From: Squalus acanthias
Lineage: Eukaryota
Direction of reading: 5' to 3'
Assembly (NCBI GenBank): GCA_030390025.1
Contig: JASTWF010000093.1
Span: forward strand, 372,001-436,000
Length of the DNA stretch: 64,000 nt
Shown: positions 38,460 to 49,653 of the stretch, piece after piece
How the letters are laid out: each line of letters opens with the position of its first letter
How positions within the stretch are numbered: the first letter of the stretch is position 1
Made by a program: the position numbers and the translations under genes
The notes under the pieces: generated by a model
What the model saw: the letters and a program-made list of their open reading frames with translations, nothing else
Database searches by the model: none
What the model was told of the DNA's origin: nothing

Positions 38460-39578
38460 GCCGCTGGTGGGTGGGGAATTTCAGAAATCCCCACCGAACA
38501 AAGCAGAGGAGGTATTTGCCACTGTGCCCTCCGCGCCACCCAGCTATTCGGCAACCTGGGTAAGGAAGGAAGTGGTAGAAGTAGAGGAAGAGCCCCCTGA
38601 GGTAGAAGTGAAGCCGGGACCGTTGTGTCCGGTCACGGGTATCAAGAGGGGCCCGAACGGAGCAGGTGGGGCAGAGGGGGATCTCCTCAACCAGCTCGTG
38701 TTGCCTCACAGCTCACACCAGCTGAGGGCTATGATCAGTCACGTACGGAAGCTGGCCGAGTCAGACGACCCTTCCGTACATTTCAGGGAGGTAGAGCAAA
38801 CCGCAGCCATTAACGGCTGCGACGATGGGGAAAAAGCAAAAATGCTGTTGTTCTCATTAGACAGCTCGATCCTTCAGTGTCTCTCAGACGAGAGCAAGAG
38901 GGGAAATAATACCTATGGGGAATTGAGGGACGAGGTCCTGGAAGTGTTGGGAGCGGACGATGAAGGTCCGTTCGTTAGATTGGGACAAACAGTGCAGATG
39001 GAGGGAGAACCCCCGAAGGTTTTCGCCGACAGGCTGTGGCCAGTATATCAACGTAGCTGCCCAGGCGCGCCAGCGCGTCACCGCATAGACGGTGTCGGTT
39101 TAACTCATTGGCTCAGGTGTGTAGTAACCAACAGTTTGCCAGCCGTCAGGGAGCAGGCCAAAGCGTGGTTTGATCCCACTAACCCCGCCACAACAGAGGA
39201 GTCGGTCCTAAATCGACTCACGGTAGGGTACCGTAATACCAGGAGTGCGGGAGCACGTCCCCTTAAGGGAAAGGTGCATGAGGCGCGGCCCACAGCCCCG
39301 GCTCAAAAGGAGTGGCATCAGGAGGGAAATCGCGTCCCACAGGCCAGTAATGCTTGTTTCGGATGCGGAAAGACAGGGCACTGGCGCAAGACTGCAGGAA
39401 TCCTTGGAAGGAGTCCAGGGATAAAAATCCCGCAGTCCGAGCCCAGGCGCCTGTCTCTGATAGGGGAGCTGGTGCACCTATCCATCCCGATGCGATAGAA
39501 TCAATGTTGGGAGCCATGCGGTCTCTTATGATTTCGCACGGAAAGGTAGCAACAGCCCCGTCCGCCGGTACCCAATGA
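38460..39578 (+). CDS. gag: Retroviral/LTR gag, 5'-truncated, with a 1-nt frameshift in the zinc knuckle
   Basis: PSAPPSY late domains; capsid MHR-like QMEGEPPKVFADRL; CFGCGKTGHWR/DC knuckle split across frames at about 39389. Confidence 0.85.
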
Positions 39579-41219
39579 CTGGAACCGGTGCAGCCTGCCT
39601 ACCTGTGTCCTTTTAAAAGACACGCACAGGAGGGGGTCTCCTGTAAGGAGGCCAGGTTAAAAGAGCAGGCCTTGCGGGAGGAGAACGCCCGTTTAATGGG
39701 AAAAATAGACGTGCTAGAAGGGCAGCTTAGAGAGATAAAAGCAGCCTACAGGGTAGCCAGAAGCAGGGAGAATGAGGATTTAAATCAGTGCAAACTGTAT
39801 AAGCCGGGTGCACAAGGGCCAACCACAGGGGCCAAACCTGCGAGTGGGGACTCGCAGCCCCAGGTAGGGCCTCAGGGCACACAGGCAGGCAAAGCAGCTT
39901 GCATCAGGGGAGAGGACATCCTAGCAAAATGTAGGATCCTTTATTTGGGTTGGGAGTCAGATGAGGAAGAGTTCGAGGAGCTCAACGAAGATAGTGACAC
40001 AAGCGAAGAGGAGCTGGAATCGGAGGACGAAAGGGTCGCCCCCGATTCAGGTATAGGGGAGACAGGGGCTGCAGATAGAGATCCACACAGGGTGGAGGCC
40101 GAAGCTGCATGTCCCGAACGCAGGGGGGCGGAGCTAGGGGAGGCGGAGCCAGCCGCTGTGGTGGGACCACAGGGCGTGGCGATGGAAGCCTCAGAGCCCG
40201 AGCCACCCGCCTTGAACGTCTTGCCCTCGAGGGAGGTAGGGACTGCGAGCAAAGGGCCGCCTACTGGGCCAAGTAGGGCGGTGCCACAAGCTGCAGATCC
40301 CGAGTTCAGGGAGGCGGAGTCAGGGGAGGCGGAGCCAGCGACTGTGGTGGGACCACAGGTCGCCACGGTGGAAGTCTCGGAACCCGGTCCGTCAGTCCTG
40401 GAGTTCCTGCCCCCGGTAGTTCCCCGTAGGTCAGGTCGGACACCCCAGCCCAGGAAGGCGTGGTCAAGTCCCCCGTACGCCCCCAGGCGTAAGTTCAAGG
40501 TCAAGGCAGCCCAGGGAGAGCCCAGTCACAGCGCAGCAGCAACAGGCTGTGGCAGATCAAAGGGAGGGGTCAATGCCCTCCCACCGTTGGGAGAAGCCTG
40601 CGGCAGCAACCGCAGAATTTGGGTGGAGAAGGATCGGGGAGGAGCATCGTGTGGGGTGTGGGGAAGGATCGGGGAGGAGCATCGTGTGGGGTGTGGGGAA
40701 GGATCGGGGAGGAGCATCATGTGGGGTGGGGGGAAGGATCGGGGAGGAGCATCGTGTGGGGTGGGGAAGGATCGGGGAGGAGCATCATGTGGGGTGGGGA
40801 AGGATCGGGGAGGAGCATCGTGTGGGGTGGGGAAGGATCGGGGAGGAGCATCGTGTGGGGTGTGGGGAAGGATCGGTGCGGAGCATCGTGTGGGGTGGGG
40901 GGATGGATCGGGGCTGGAGCGTCGTGTTGGGTGGGGGGAAGGATCGGGGAGGAGCATCGTGTGGGGTGGGCGGTGGGGCACTGGAAGGATTGGAGTACAC
41001 GTGCACCAATTGGAGTCATCGGGGGTGTGGATTGGGTGTGTGGGTTGGAGGCCATGTGGGGGGGACTTGAAGGTCTCCGGGTTTGCTCGGGGGTGGAATT
41101 GGGGATCTCAGGGTGTGTTTGGAGGTCTCGGGATGGGATTGGATTCACTCAATTCATTCACCTGGGAACGGGCGGCACTGTACAGTTATAAGATAAGTGA
41201 TGAGTTTATAAGTTTATAA
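39579..41219 (+). CDS. ORF-X in the pol position: coiled coil, acidic tract, low-complexity repeats; no PR/RT/RH/IN core
   Basis: In frame with the gag TGA; no D(T/S)G protease, YxDD or DDE integrase core recognisable; NQCKLY and PRRSGR..P..Y resemble integrase tails. Confidence 0.5.
   Translation: MEPVQPAYLCPFKRHAQEGVSCKEARLKEQALREENARLMGKIDVLEGQLREIKAAYRVARSRENEDLNQCKLYKPGAQGPTTGAKPASGDSQPQVGPQGTQAGKAACIRGEDILAKCRILYLGWESDEEEFEELNEDSDTSEEELESEDERVAPDSGIGETGAADRDPHRVEAEAACPERRGAELGEAEPAAVVGPQGVAMEASEPEPPALNVLPSREVGTASKGPPTGPSRAVPQAADPEFREAESGEAEPATVVGPQVATVEVSEPGPSVLEFLPPVVPRRSGRTPQPRKAWSSPPYAPRRKFKVKAAQGEPSHSAAATGCGRSKGGVNALPPLGEACGSNRRIWVEKDRGGASCGVWGRIGEEHRVGCGEGSGRSIMWGGGKDRGGASCGVGKDRGGASCGVGKDRGGASCGVGKDRGGASCGVWGRIGAEHRVGWGDGSGLERRVGWGEGSGRSIVWGGRWGTGRIGVHVHQLESSGVWIGCVGWRPCGGDLKVSGFARGWNWGSQGVFGGLGMGLDSLNSFTWERAALYSYKISDEFISL
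40620..40975 (+). repeat. G-rich minisatellite (33-36 bp unit ggggaaggatcggggaggagcatcgtgtggggt, about 10 copies)
   Basis: Directly visible tandem units. Confidence 0.95.
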
Positions 41220-41442
41220 GTTTAAGTTTATAGTTTTAAATCAGGTTAAGTTTGTAGTTTAATTTTTTTAACAGAAAATGGTAAAATGATGGGAGTTAGA
41301 AATAGGAATAGTTAAAGTCTATCCAGTGCACATGTCTTCTTACGTGAGGCGAGGTCAGGGGACCCGCTCACCCTTCACAAAAGCCAGAGACTCTTGGGAG
41401 GCTGGCTACCTCATTCTATCTGATCACAGGAACCAAGGAAGG

Positions 41443-43794
41443 ATGGAACGAATTCTAGTATTGCTCGTGGCAATCGGATGTGGATTGGCCTATCAAGGCC
41501 GCACCAAGGATGTCGTGGTGTTTGGATGCTCCGGGGACACGGCCCCCATCGCGGTGGATGGGACCGGAAGGCGAGAGGCTGAGGAGACCACCACCTATTT
41601 CCACAAGGGAAGGTGGCCAGGATGGCTGGGAACGAATTCCACTGAGTATTCCAGTACATCGGGTTTTGCCTACAAAGAGACTTCTTTAATGTGCCCCAAA
41701 GTGAGGATCATCGCACCCAGAGTCAGCGTCACCGTCGGCAAACGGATTTGTTTGACTTGTAATGGGAATGTCCCATTGAGCCGATGGTGGTGGCTGCGAA
41801 AGCTGAGCAAAAACATGAGGAACTCTTCGGTCGAGTGGGAGCGACTGGGTAATAACACCCATCGGACAATTACGGGGACAAACGGACAAGTGAGAGTCTG
41901 TTGGGACAAATGGTGGGAACCGGATGAGGGAATTTATGTATGTATGTGGGGGTCAAAGCACGTTTGCCCCAAAGGCATCTCCATATTTTTCATCAATCAG
42001 TGGCAGGATAACGGGCAGGGGATGAGGTGGGATGCGAGCACCAGGGGGTGCGGAGCTCCATACTCTTCGATCCCGGTAAATGCCACTGAACTCATTACGC
42101 GCCCACACAAGGCCCCGCCCACAATTCCGGTGGTTCTAGCTAAGGAAGAAGGGTGCCCAAAAACCAGTAAGGGACCCGGGAATGGTTTGGTATTGGTCCC
42201 TACAGACCAGATACTATTTCAGGGGGTACATTACGCGGTGGCCTCGGTGATTTTAAACCTCACCGAGGTGCGGTTGCCGGAGTGGTGCCCCAAAGAGACG
42301 GAACAGTTATATCAGGTCCTGTTGACCAAGATGTTTAGGCAATTTTATGAGTTCGATTTCGCGGAAATTGATAAAACAACTTTGTACACCGCACCACATG
42401 AAGTTTTGGGTCAGGTAGGGAGGCAAAGAAGGGGTGTTGTGAACGACATGTTCACTGCTTTCAATACAGGTACATCTGTGGTCAACGCTCTAGACAGCGT
42501 GGAGCTGCAGACCCAGATTAATGGCTTAAAAACACAATTAGAGAATATTCTCACAGATGAAAATAAGGTGTTTGGGTCTGGGTTACACGAGGACCAGGCC
42601 ATGACTCTCCATTTAAAAGAAATAATAGCTGAACTAGAGAAACATGCGCGTACGGTAAATGCCCTGATTAGGGAAGATCGGAATGCGTCCGATCGGGCTG
42701 CGCAGAACGAGGTGTGCGTGCTTTACGGGGCGTGGTTACTGGGCGAGGGCCGCAGTAATTTGGAGGATTTAAAACAAGGTTTGGTCCCGTCCTGGATAAG
42801 TAACAAACACCTGCAGGCGCTCCACCCTTTTCAGAACGCATTAAGTCCGTGCCAGCTCAGGCTAGCTTCAGAAGCATACCCAGTCCCTGTGGACTGCGGA
42901 CGATCAAACCACACCATTATGGGTGTAGTTTTACGTATGCCAGTTTTGGGCGACACAGCAAAGCCCGCCCCGGTGTATCGGGTAGAGAACATTGGTGTCA
43001 TTCAGGGGGGTGCCCACATTCGCTATGCAGCGGTTCCACCTTACGTCATCCGCTGGGAGCAAACGATGACAGGTACAGATCTCTCTGGTTGTCGTGGCAG
43101 GGGAGCACACATAATCCTGTGTCCCCAGCACTTGAATGCCTTTTTAACACCACAGTGCGGGTTCAGGACGGCTGGCGCCAAGCCCATGAATTGCACCATG
43201 GAGGCAATGGCACAAGATCATGTGCCTCCGCAGGTAGCATACATCGGGGGTGGAACATATTGTGTTACCACTGCAGCGCAACACTACCAACATGGAAACT
43301 GTAGCCGGTGTCCGGTGAGTGACAGCAGTTTCTGTTTTAAACCCAGGGCGGAAGCTCAAGTAGCACAACAGCGAATTGTCCCGATCCCTGAACCATCCAC
43401 TGTTCATCTTACAGTAAAAGAGAACTTCACCGACCTGCAGCGATTCGTCGCGCATTTTGGATACCTCATTCCCCCTCTCCCTGAACACCTCACCAAGCTT
43501 TTGAAAGCCGTCGCGGTATCGCAAAAACATTTTTACACCCTAGAACAAAAGACTGTCGAGATAGGGACAGAAATTCTGGACATAGTAATTCCACCGTGGT
43601 GGGATCTGTTCACCAACATTGAAGTGCCTTCCTGGATTAGAATAGCCTCCCACATTTTAGTTGTATGGCAAGTGTTTATTGTAATATACTTATTGGTCGT
43701 ACACTGTAAGAGAGGCAAACGCCTCACCAAGAACGAAAACACGGGAGAGTGGCGAGAACGTTACGTGCGCGTGCACGATGAAAGCACCGCGTAA
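41443..43794 (+). CDS. env: Intact envelope glycoprotein, 783 aa (signal, Ig-like domain, furin site, fusion peptide, heptad repeat, Cys-rich region, TM, tail)
   Basis: MERILVLLVAIGCGLA; RQRR|GVVNDMF at 42421; TM ILVVWQVFIVIYLLVV; YVRV tail motif; candidate splice acceptor tctgatcacag at 41429. Confidence 0.9.
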   Translation: MERILVLLVAIGCGLAYQGRTKDVVVFGCSGDTAPIAVDGTGRREAEETTTYFHKGRWPGWLGTNSTEYSSTSGFAYKETSLMCPKVRIIAPRVSVTVGKRICLTCNGNVPLSRWWWLRKLSKNMRNSSVEWERLGNNTHRTITGTNGQVRVCWDKWWEPDEGIYVCMWGSKHVCPKGISIFFINQWQDNGQGMRWDASTRGCGAPYSSIPVNATELITRPHKAPPTIPVVLAKEEGCPKTSKGPGNGLVLVPTDQILFQGVHYAVASVILNLTEVRLPEWCPKETEQLYQVLLTKMFRQFYEFDFAEIDKTTLYTAPHEVLGQVGRQRRGVVNDMFTAFNTGTSVVNALDSVELQTQINGLKTQLENILTDENKVFGSGLHEDQAMTLHLKEIIAELEKHARTVNALIREDRNASDRAAQNEVCVLYGAWLLGEGRSNLEDLKQGLVPSWISNKHLQALHPFQNALSPCQLRLASEAYPVPVDCGRSNHTIMGVVLRMPVLGDTAKPAPVYRVENIGVIQGGAHIRYAAVPPYVIRWEQTMTGTDLSGCRGRGAHIILCPQHLNAFLTPQCGFRTAGAKPMNCTMEAMAQDHVPPQVAYIGGGTYCVTTAAQHYQHGNCSRCPVSDSSFCFKPRAEAQVAQQRIVPIPEPSTVHLTVKENFTDLQRFVAHFGYLIPPLPEHLTKLLKAVAVSQKHFYTLEQKTVEIGTEILDIVIPPWWDLFTNIEVPSWIRIASHILVVWQVFIVIYLLVVHCKRGKRLTKNENTGEWRERYVRVHDESTA

Positions 43795-44231
43795 ACAGAC
43801 AAAATAGCGTCACTCCAGTTTTCCACGTGCGCCTCGGAATTGTTGAAATCGATCGTGATTTTCTCAGAAACTGTAATTAAGTTTGGAACTCTACATGTTT
43901 AAGAGTTGGTTTTTGATTATTTTGATTTGGTGTTGTTGAATATGATTGTTTGGTTGTTGTTGTTTTCTTTTTCCTTGAATAAAAAAATATATGCATATGC
44001 AGGTGATGCGAGAGGCATCGGCCTGGTTACACCTGGAAGGAAATGCACGCGGTGTAAGTTAAAGGCAAATGCTGCCTACGGTGTTATAAGAAAGTAATTT
44101 TCCTGGGAAATAAGGACGACACGGAGACCCTAGATAGTTTTAAGTTATGGGAATTTTTGGATATGGAGAATCGAGATAATATTGCTCACCACAATGTTTT
44201 TGATACGATAAGCGGAGTTATTCGCATCAAC

Positions 44232-44240
44232 AGGAGGGAC
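44232..44240 (+). promoter_or_regulatory. Polypurine tract
   Basis: aggagggac directly precedes TGTAG. Confidence 0.7.
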
Positions 44241-45874
44241 TGTAGAATTCGCAAAATTATCGCGATTTTATAAAATAAGAAGGAGACATAAAGTTTCGTA
44301 TGAACAGCTTTATTTCAGCAGAATGCTGTCAGGTTTCAAAACGGGCACAAACAGCCTGTAAAATGGCCGCCACGCCTCGTGGCAGAAAGTCCTAGGCTTT
44401 CAGTGGGCAGACAAGATGGCGTTCCAATAAACATATGTGCAAGATCGAACAGGACTCAGCACATTTGAGATCATTGACAATACATGATGGGTTTGCATTT
44501 TAAACATAAATACTGGAATCGGTCTCCCAGGTGCAAACAAGGGCTATTGTACTGAGCGATCAAGGACCCATCCAAAGACATTAATATGCAAAATCCCCAC
44601 GGCTCTACGATGAGAGAGCCATTTGCGGGTACTTACAGCAAGCATTTGGAAGCCCCAAAACCCCTCCAGGGAGACTACTAGCCGGTTCCACGATGGGAGA
44701 AATATTAACGGGTACTCAGACAGTTACAAGTGTCACCGAAACCCATTAAAGACTGAGATCACCCCATTCAAGAAGTTTGAGCGCCAAAACCCTGACAAAG
44801 ATAGATATTAAGATTGGGCGGGAAAAGAGGAATTACAGCACTATAACTGTAAGGTACAACTGTCCATCTTTCTCTTGCTGCTTTGACTCCGTGGAAGGCT
44901 GCTGAACTTTTATTCTCTTGCCTGACGGCTCTGGACTCTGATCCGCTAGGATCAACCTCGTGGCTTGCCGCGAAGATCTGTGGAGAACTGGGCTGTGAGG
45001 CCTGGAAGTGGGCGCACCATCCCGAGAAGTCGGTAAACGGTGTTGGAACCGAAGGCCCGAGATGAGATGAGATGAGATGAGATGAGAAGAGAAGAAGACG
45101 ACAATACGTATCGCCACGGTCAGTAAGCCCCGACCGCGCCTGTAAGTCGAATAAACACTTCTTCGAATTTTATCGGCTACTCCACAACTGGCCTAGGAAG
45201 ACCCTTCTTCGAGTTTTACAGACAACCGGTGTGAGGGCACAGGAAGACTCTTTTTTGAGTAGTATCAGAACTCCGAGGGCAACACAGATCTTCATGACAG
45301 CAGACGGTCCAGCCTGCTAGCCGGAGCAGAAGCGAGCAAACAAGTGGGGTACAGAGACCCCTGATCAACACGTGGATAGTCAGGTGCTGCGGTAAAAACA
45401 TCCGAGCAGAGTTTCGGAATTCTCCGAGTTATCACGAGTGGTGAGCATGAGTCTCGATCCTACAAATCTAGGTTAGGACAGGTATTGATAGGGGAGGGTT
45501 TAAGTTTTAAGGATAATTATAATGTGTGTCCCCTTTTTCGATGTGTCGTGTGCTCCTCGTTTCCCTAAAATTAGTTTCATAACTGTGTGTAAGATTGTAC
45601 TGTCATTAATCTGTGCTTATGACATGTATCTCGTAATCTTGAATAATATGCAATAAAGATTTTCCATTTTGCACTATTCAACCGGGTCTACCTGAGTTTT
45701 CTCTGCATTATTGCTCTCGCACCTAAGTCCAGTGTCAGAACCGTAAGGGCGAGTGGGTCGAACCACTCACAGGTGTCTAGTGTTATCAGGCTGGCTGGAG
45801 ACCAGAACAGGCAACAAGGCCTAACCCCGCACTAGCACCCAGGCTAAGCACAGAGCCACAGGTCACCCCTTACA
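44241..45874 (+). mobile_element. 3' LTR (1634 bp)
   Basis: TGTA...TACA termini; follows the PPT; AATAAA at 45151 and 45652; MROH homology starts at its right end. Confidence 0.75.
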
Positions 45875-48240
45875 CTGGAGATGTTGCTTAAATAGTCCTC
45901 ATAATCCAGGGTGGTCTCCTTCAAGGAAAGCTCTTGAAACATCTTGCAAATGTTTTCTGACTCCATTACTGGACCATACGAATTCAGCATGGATTTGCAG
46001 ACTTTGATGACTTCATTGCTCTCCTCGTTGAGATGCAGCAGCAATCTGATCAAGGTGTAGCTGGTGTGCTCCTTTATTGGAGGGTAAACATCCACAGTCC
46101 CAAATCTGATCAGCTTCCCAAGAACGTTAAACGCCGCAGCTCTCACTTTGTCATGTTGATGTTCAAAGTAAGGCTGAACTGCCAGTGCTACATCGCCAAG
46201 AATGGGATTTGTGTGATCCTCCTGGAGCTGATCTAGAACTTTGAACATGCTTGACATTGCCTCAACAGCAATGAGATTCTTGGGTTTGGAATTCTCGTCA
46301 ATCACAGATCTCATTGTGGACAACAGTTTGACGCAGTGTTTGTCTATCTGTTGAGAAGCTCCGATTGCAGCGTTTCCCAAACCTTGTAGAGCGAGCCATT
46401 GGACAATAAGGGCCTCATCACTCAAGCATCCAAACAAACTCTCCAGAAGGGTATCCGTCAGCAACAAGTCCGATACCACTGAATGAGTTAAAAGCTCCCC
46501 AAAAAATGCAGCTATTGTGATTGTCTAACTCTCTCCTATGTTGACAAGGAAAGGAGTGAGTTGCTGCACAATGCTGATCAGATGAGGGGCAGCACACACA
46601 GTCAATGTGCTTGCCAGCAGTGTAACCCCCTCATGGTGCTTTCTTGGACTCACGATGAGGTCCCAACCTCCCATTTCTCTCATGATGGAATCATCTCTCT
46701 TTCCCTGTGTCAGGACAGCTCGAAGTATCTCAGCTGAGTAATGGCAAGCGTCAGCGTCATTCAGTTTTAGAGTCGTCGCAAGGTGTTCCCACCCTTTGGA
46801 ATTCTCAGAAAGTTGGGAGGAAACCGAGCCCAGACACTGAAGCTGAGATGAATCAGAAGGGTGCTGACTAACTGGGGGTATAGAATGTTTATCACGTACC
46901 CTGATTCAGGCTTTCGTACCACTTCACGAAGAGCACAGAGCACGGCTAAAGGCTGCTGAGTTGCTGAATCTTTTGTATCTCTGACATGGGAATCTCTGCC
47001 GCCGTCATACAATGACTTTAAGTTGCCCAGCAGGTAGTTGGTTGCGGCTGTGGCTAGTGCTTTATCTGACAGTAGTGATCTCCATATGTCACTAATGTAC
47101 CTGTCAGGTGGACTAGGGTAAGTGAGGAGAGTGGACAAAACTGCTGGCATATGGTGTGACGCCAGAATGGAGATAGAATGCGTCACTGCATCTGTCACCC
47201 GTGGCTCAGTAATTGAGCGCAAGTGACTGCACAATACTTGGATTGTTCCCCGAATGTCTGCAAGGGCGGCTCCACGTTTGGCAATGAGGACATTTGTGAT
47301 AATAGAAGCTGTGCAGGAAATGTTCCGCTGCTTGTCTGTTAGCCCTTTAAAGATGGTGAAGAGTAGAGTGTTCAGCTGATCATGGGTTACGCACTTAGAT
47401 AGAACTTTACCAACATCAGTGCATGTTTGAAAGAGGGCCTGACTGGTAAGTTTGTTTAACCCGCCTTTGTTGGCTTTCAGATGCTCCAATTCCTTATCTT
47501 GATGACCCACAGGAAACCCTTCGAGGTGCAACTGGATATAAAGCAATCCATACAAGCTTTCAATGGCCGCCTCCCTTACAACTTGCGATGGATCTGCACA
47601 TTGAAGCCCCACACATCCAATAATAGTCACCAAGTTATGGGCCGGCACCTTATTGCTAACATCCAGTTTCTCCAAGTAAAACGTCACCAGCTGTAAAGTG
47701 GTCTCCATTGCCTTTTCTCATTCCTGGTCTTTTATGGATTGGATCCCAGTCTCCATGTTCTTGAATACAGAATGAAGCCCATCAGGAGACAGATCCAAAA
47801 GTAAACATTCCTCCAGAAGATTCTGCAGAGAGGCCATTGTCTCGGTGTAAAGCTTCTGTCTCTCTGCCATGTCCATGTTGGTACTTTCATTGGCACTGCT
47901 GGACTCCAAATCTGGCAAGCTGAAGACACTATTCCAACAGATGCTAATTAGTTCACTGTTGGTGTTCATTGAAGGCTCCAGTTTTATGAGGGATGCACAG
48001 GCATCCATGGCAGACTTTCAAAGGGAAGTGGTCATTGTCTCTGCTGGCTCAGCCACGATCAGCTCCTGCATGCAGCTCAGCAATTCTGCCTTTCTGGTCA
48101 AAGTGTAGGGGGCGTGTTCTTCACCGGGTTCAATAGGTTTGGCCAACAGTGTCACTGTCTTGATCAAACTTAACTTCAGTGTTAAGTCCTTCACCTTAGA
48201 TTTCAGTCCAAAAGTACGATTCAGTAAGCGGGCGTGTAAC
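45875..48240 (-). pseudogene. MROH1: Intronless MROH1 (HEATR7A)-like pseudogene fragment
   Basis: KVKDLTLKLSLIKTV..TRKAELL..AEP; HNLVTIIG..CAD..YIQLHLEGF; LYPQL; LLLHLNE; colinear with MROH1 as I recall it, with no introns, several stops and a frameshift. Confidence 0.85.
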
Positions 48241-48421
48241 GGATCTCCGCCCACTTTTCCGATCGGGCCGGCTCAATTTCCAGCTGTAAATTGGGAAAAC
48301 CAAATAAAGTGTGAAAAATTAAACATTGATGTGGGGCGTCGCCAGAGTTCGCCTTATAAAAATGAGTAATGTACATCACCTACACACCCACCCCTGGAAT
48401 TGCTCCTACCCTGCTGCTACT

Positions 48422-48589
48422 GTCATAGAATCAGAGAAATTTACAGCACAGAAGGAGGCCATTCGGCCCATCTTGTCCGTGCTGGCCGACAAACAGCTAT
48501 CCACCCTAATCCCACTTTCCAGCACTTGGTCCGTAGCCTTGTAGGTTATGGCACTTCAAGTGCATATCCAAGTACTTTTTAAATGTGAT
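48422..48589 (-). mobile_element. CR1 3' tail, left half; continues at 63867-64000
   Basis: ..aagtactttttaaatgtgat joins aagggtctctgcctctaccaccctttcaggcagtgagttccag (reverse complement of LWNSLP-coding CR1 sequence). Confidence 0.8.
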
Positions 48590-49653
48590 GTGGAGATGCC
48601 GGTGTTGGACTGGGGTGGACAAATGTCAGAAGTCGCACAACACCAGGTTATAGTCCAACAGCTTTATTTGAAATCACAAGCTTTCGGAGCTGCTGACGAA
48701 GGAGCAGCAGCAGCAGAGTGGTGGTCTCTGTGACCAGGAAGAGGAGAAGGAGAAGGAGACCAGACAGCAGACCACCACCAACAACCAACAACCACTACTG
48801 AGGTGCCTGGAGAGAGAGGACAGGACAGGAGAGGAGAGGAGAAAGAAAGGAAGGCCAAGGCCATCAACAACAGAGGAGAGGCCTTTCCACACTGCCTCCT
48901 CAATTGGCCTCCATTTTAGGAGAGGGAGAGAGGGGAGAAAACATCCCAACAACCATCAACTGTTTGGAAGGAGGGAGGAAGGAAAGAACAGCTACAGGTG
49001 GGTGTGATTCTGGTGCACTCTCCCAGAGACTTTGTTTTGTAGGTGGGGGGAGGAAAGAAGAAAAGAAGAGGGCCGGAACATCCAAGGGGTGTGTGTGTGT
49101 GGCTTCTGTAAAAGCTAGGCCGCACACACCATATTAAACACCCCTTTCCCATTGCCTGACCTGGGACAGCTGGAGCTGCCTAGGTGAAGTCCCCAATTAA
49201 TTTAATCTTATTGGGCATCGTTAAGACCTGGTGCAGGACTGAGCCTGGGCATCTCCAGCTATCCCAGGTGAAGACATCTTCTCCCCCCACCAGAAGACCA
49301 CCACCAAAGACTTTTATTACATCGGAGAGTGCACCCCCCCTGCCAACACCCACCCACTAACCATCCTGAGTGGCGACCCTGCCCTTGCGGCTTCCCTCCT
49401 TCCCACCCCCTCTCTCTCTCTCTCTTGTCTCTCTCTGCTTCTCTCTCTAAAAGGCACCTCAATCTATTTTAATTAAGTACCTATTGAGCAGAGGGGAGAA
49501 GGCCCCTCTCCCAATTAATTCATATAAAGGGAGAGGTGTGCCTTCAATTTAAGAGCTCCCTCTGCTCAGGGGAAAACAAACAAAAAACCGAGGCCATTAA
49601 CACCTTCAGGCCTGTGACTTGGGGTGAGTGTAGCCCTTAAAGATCAACCCATC

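Noticed and set aside
39380-39400. Programmed frameshift in the gag zinc knuckle
   Set aside because: No slippery heptamer; a 1-nt deletion or sequencing error is simpler
40526-41191. Several overlapping repetitive ORFs
   Set aside because: Translations of the G-rich minisatellite
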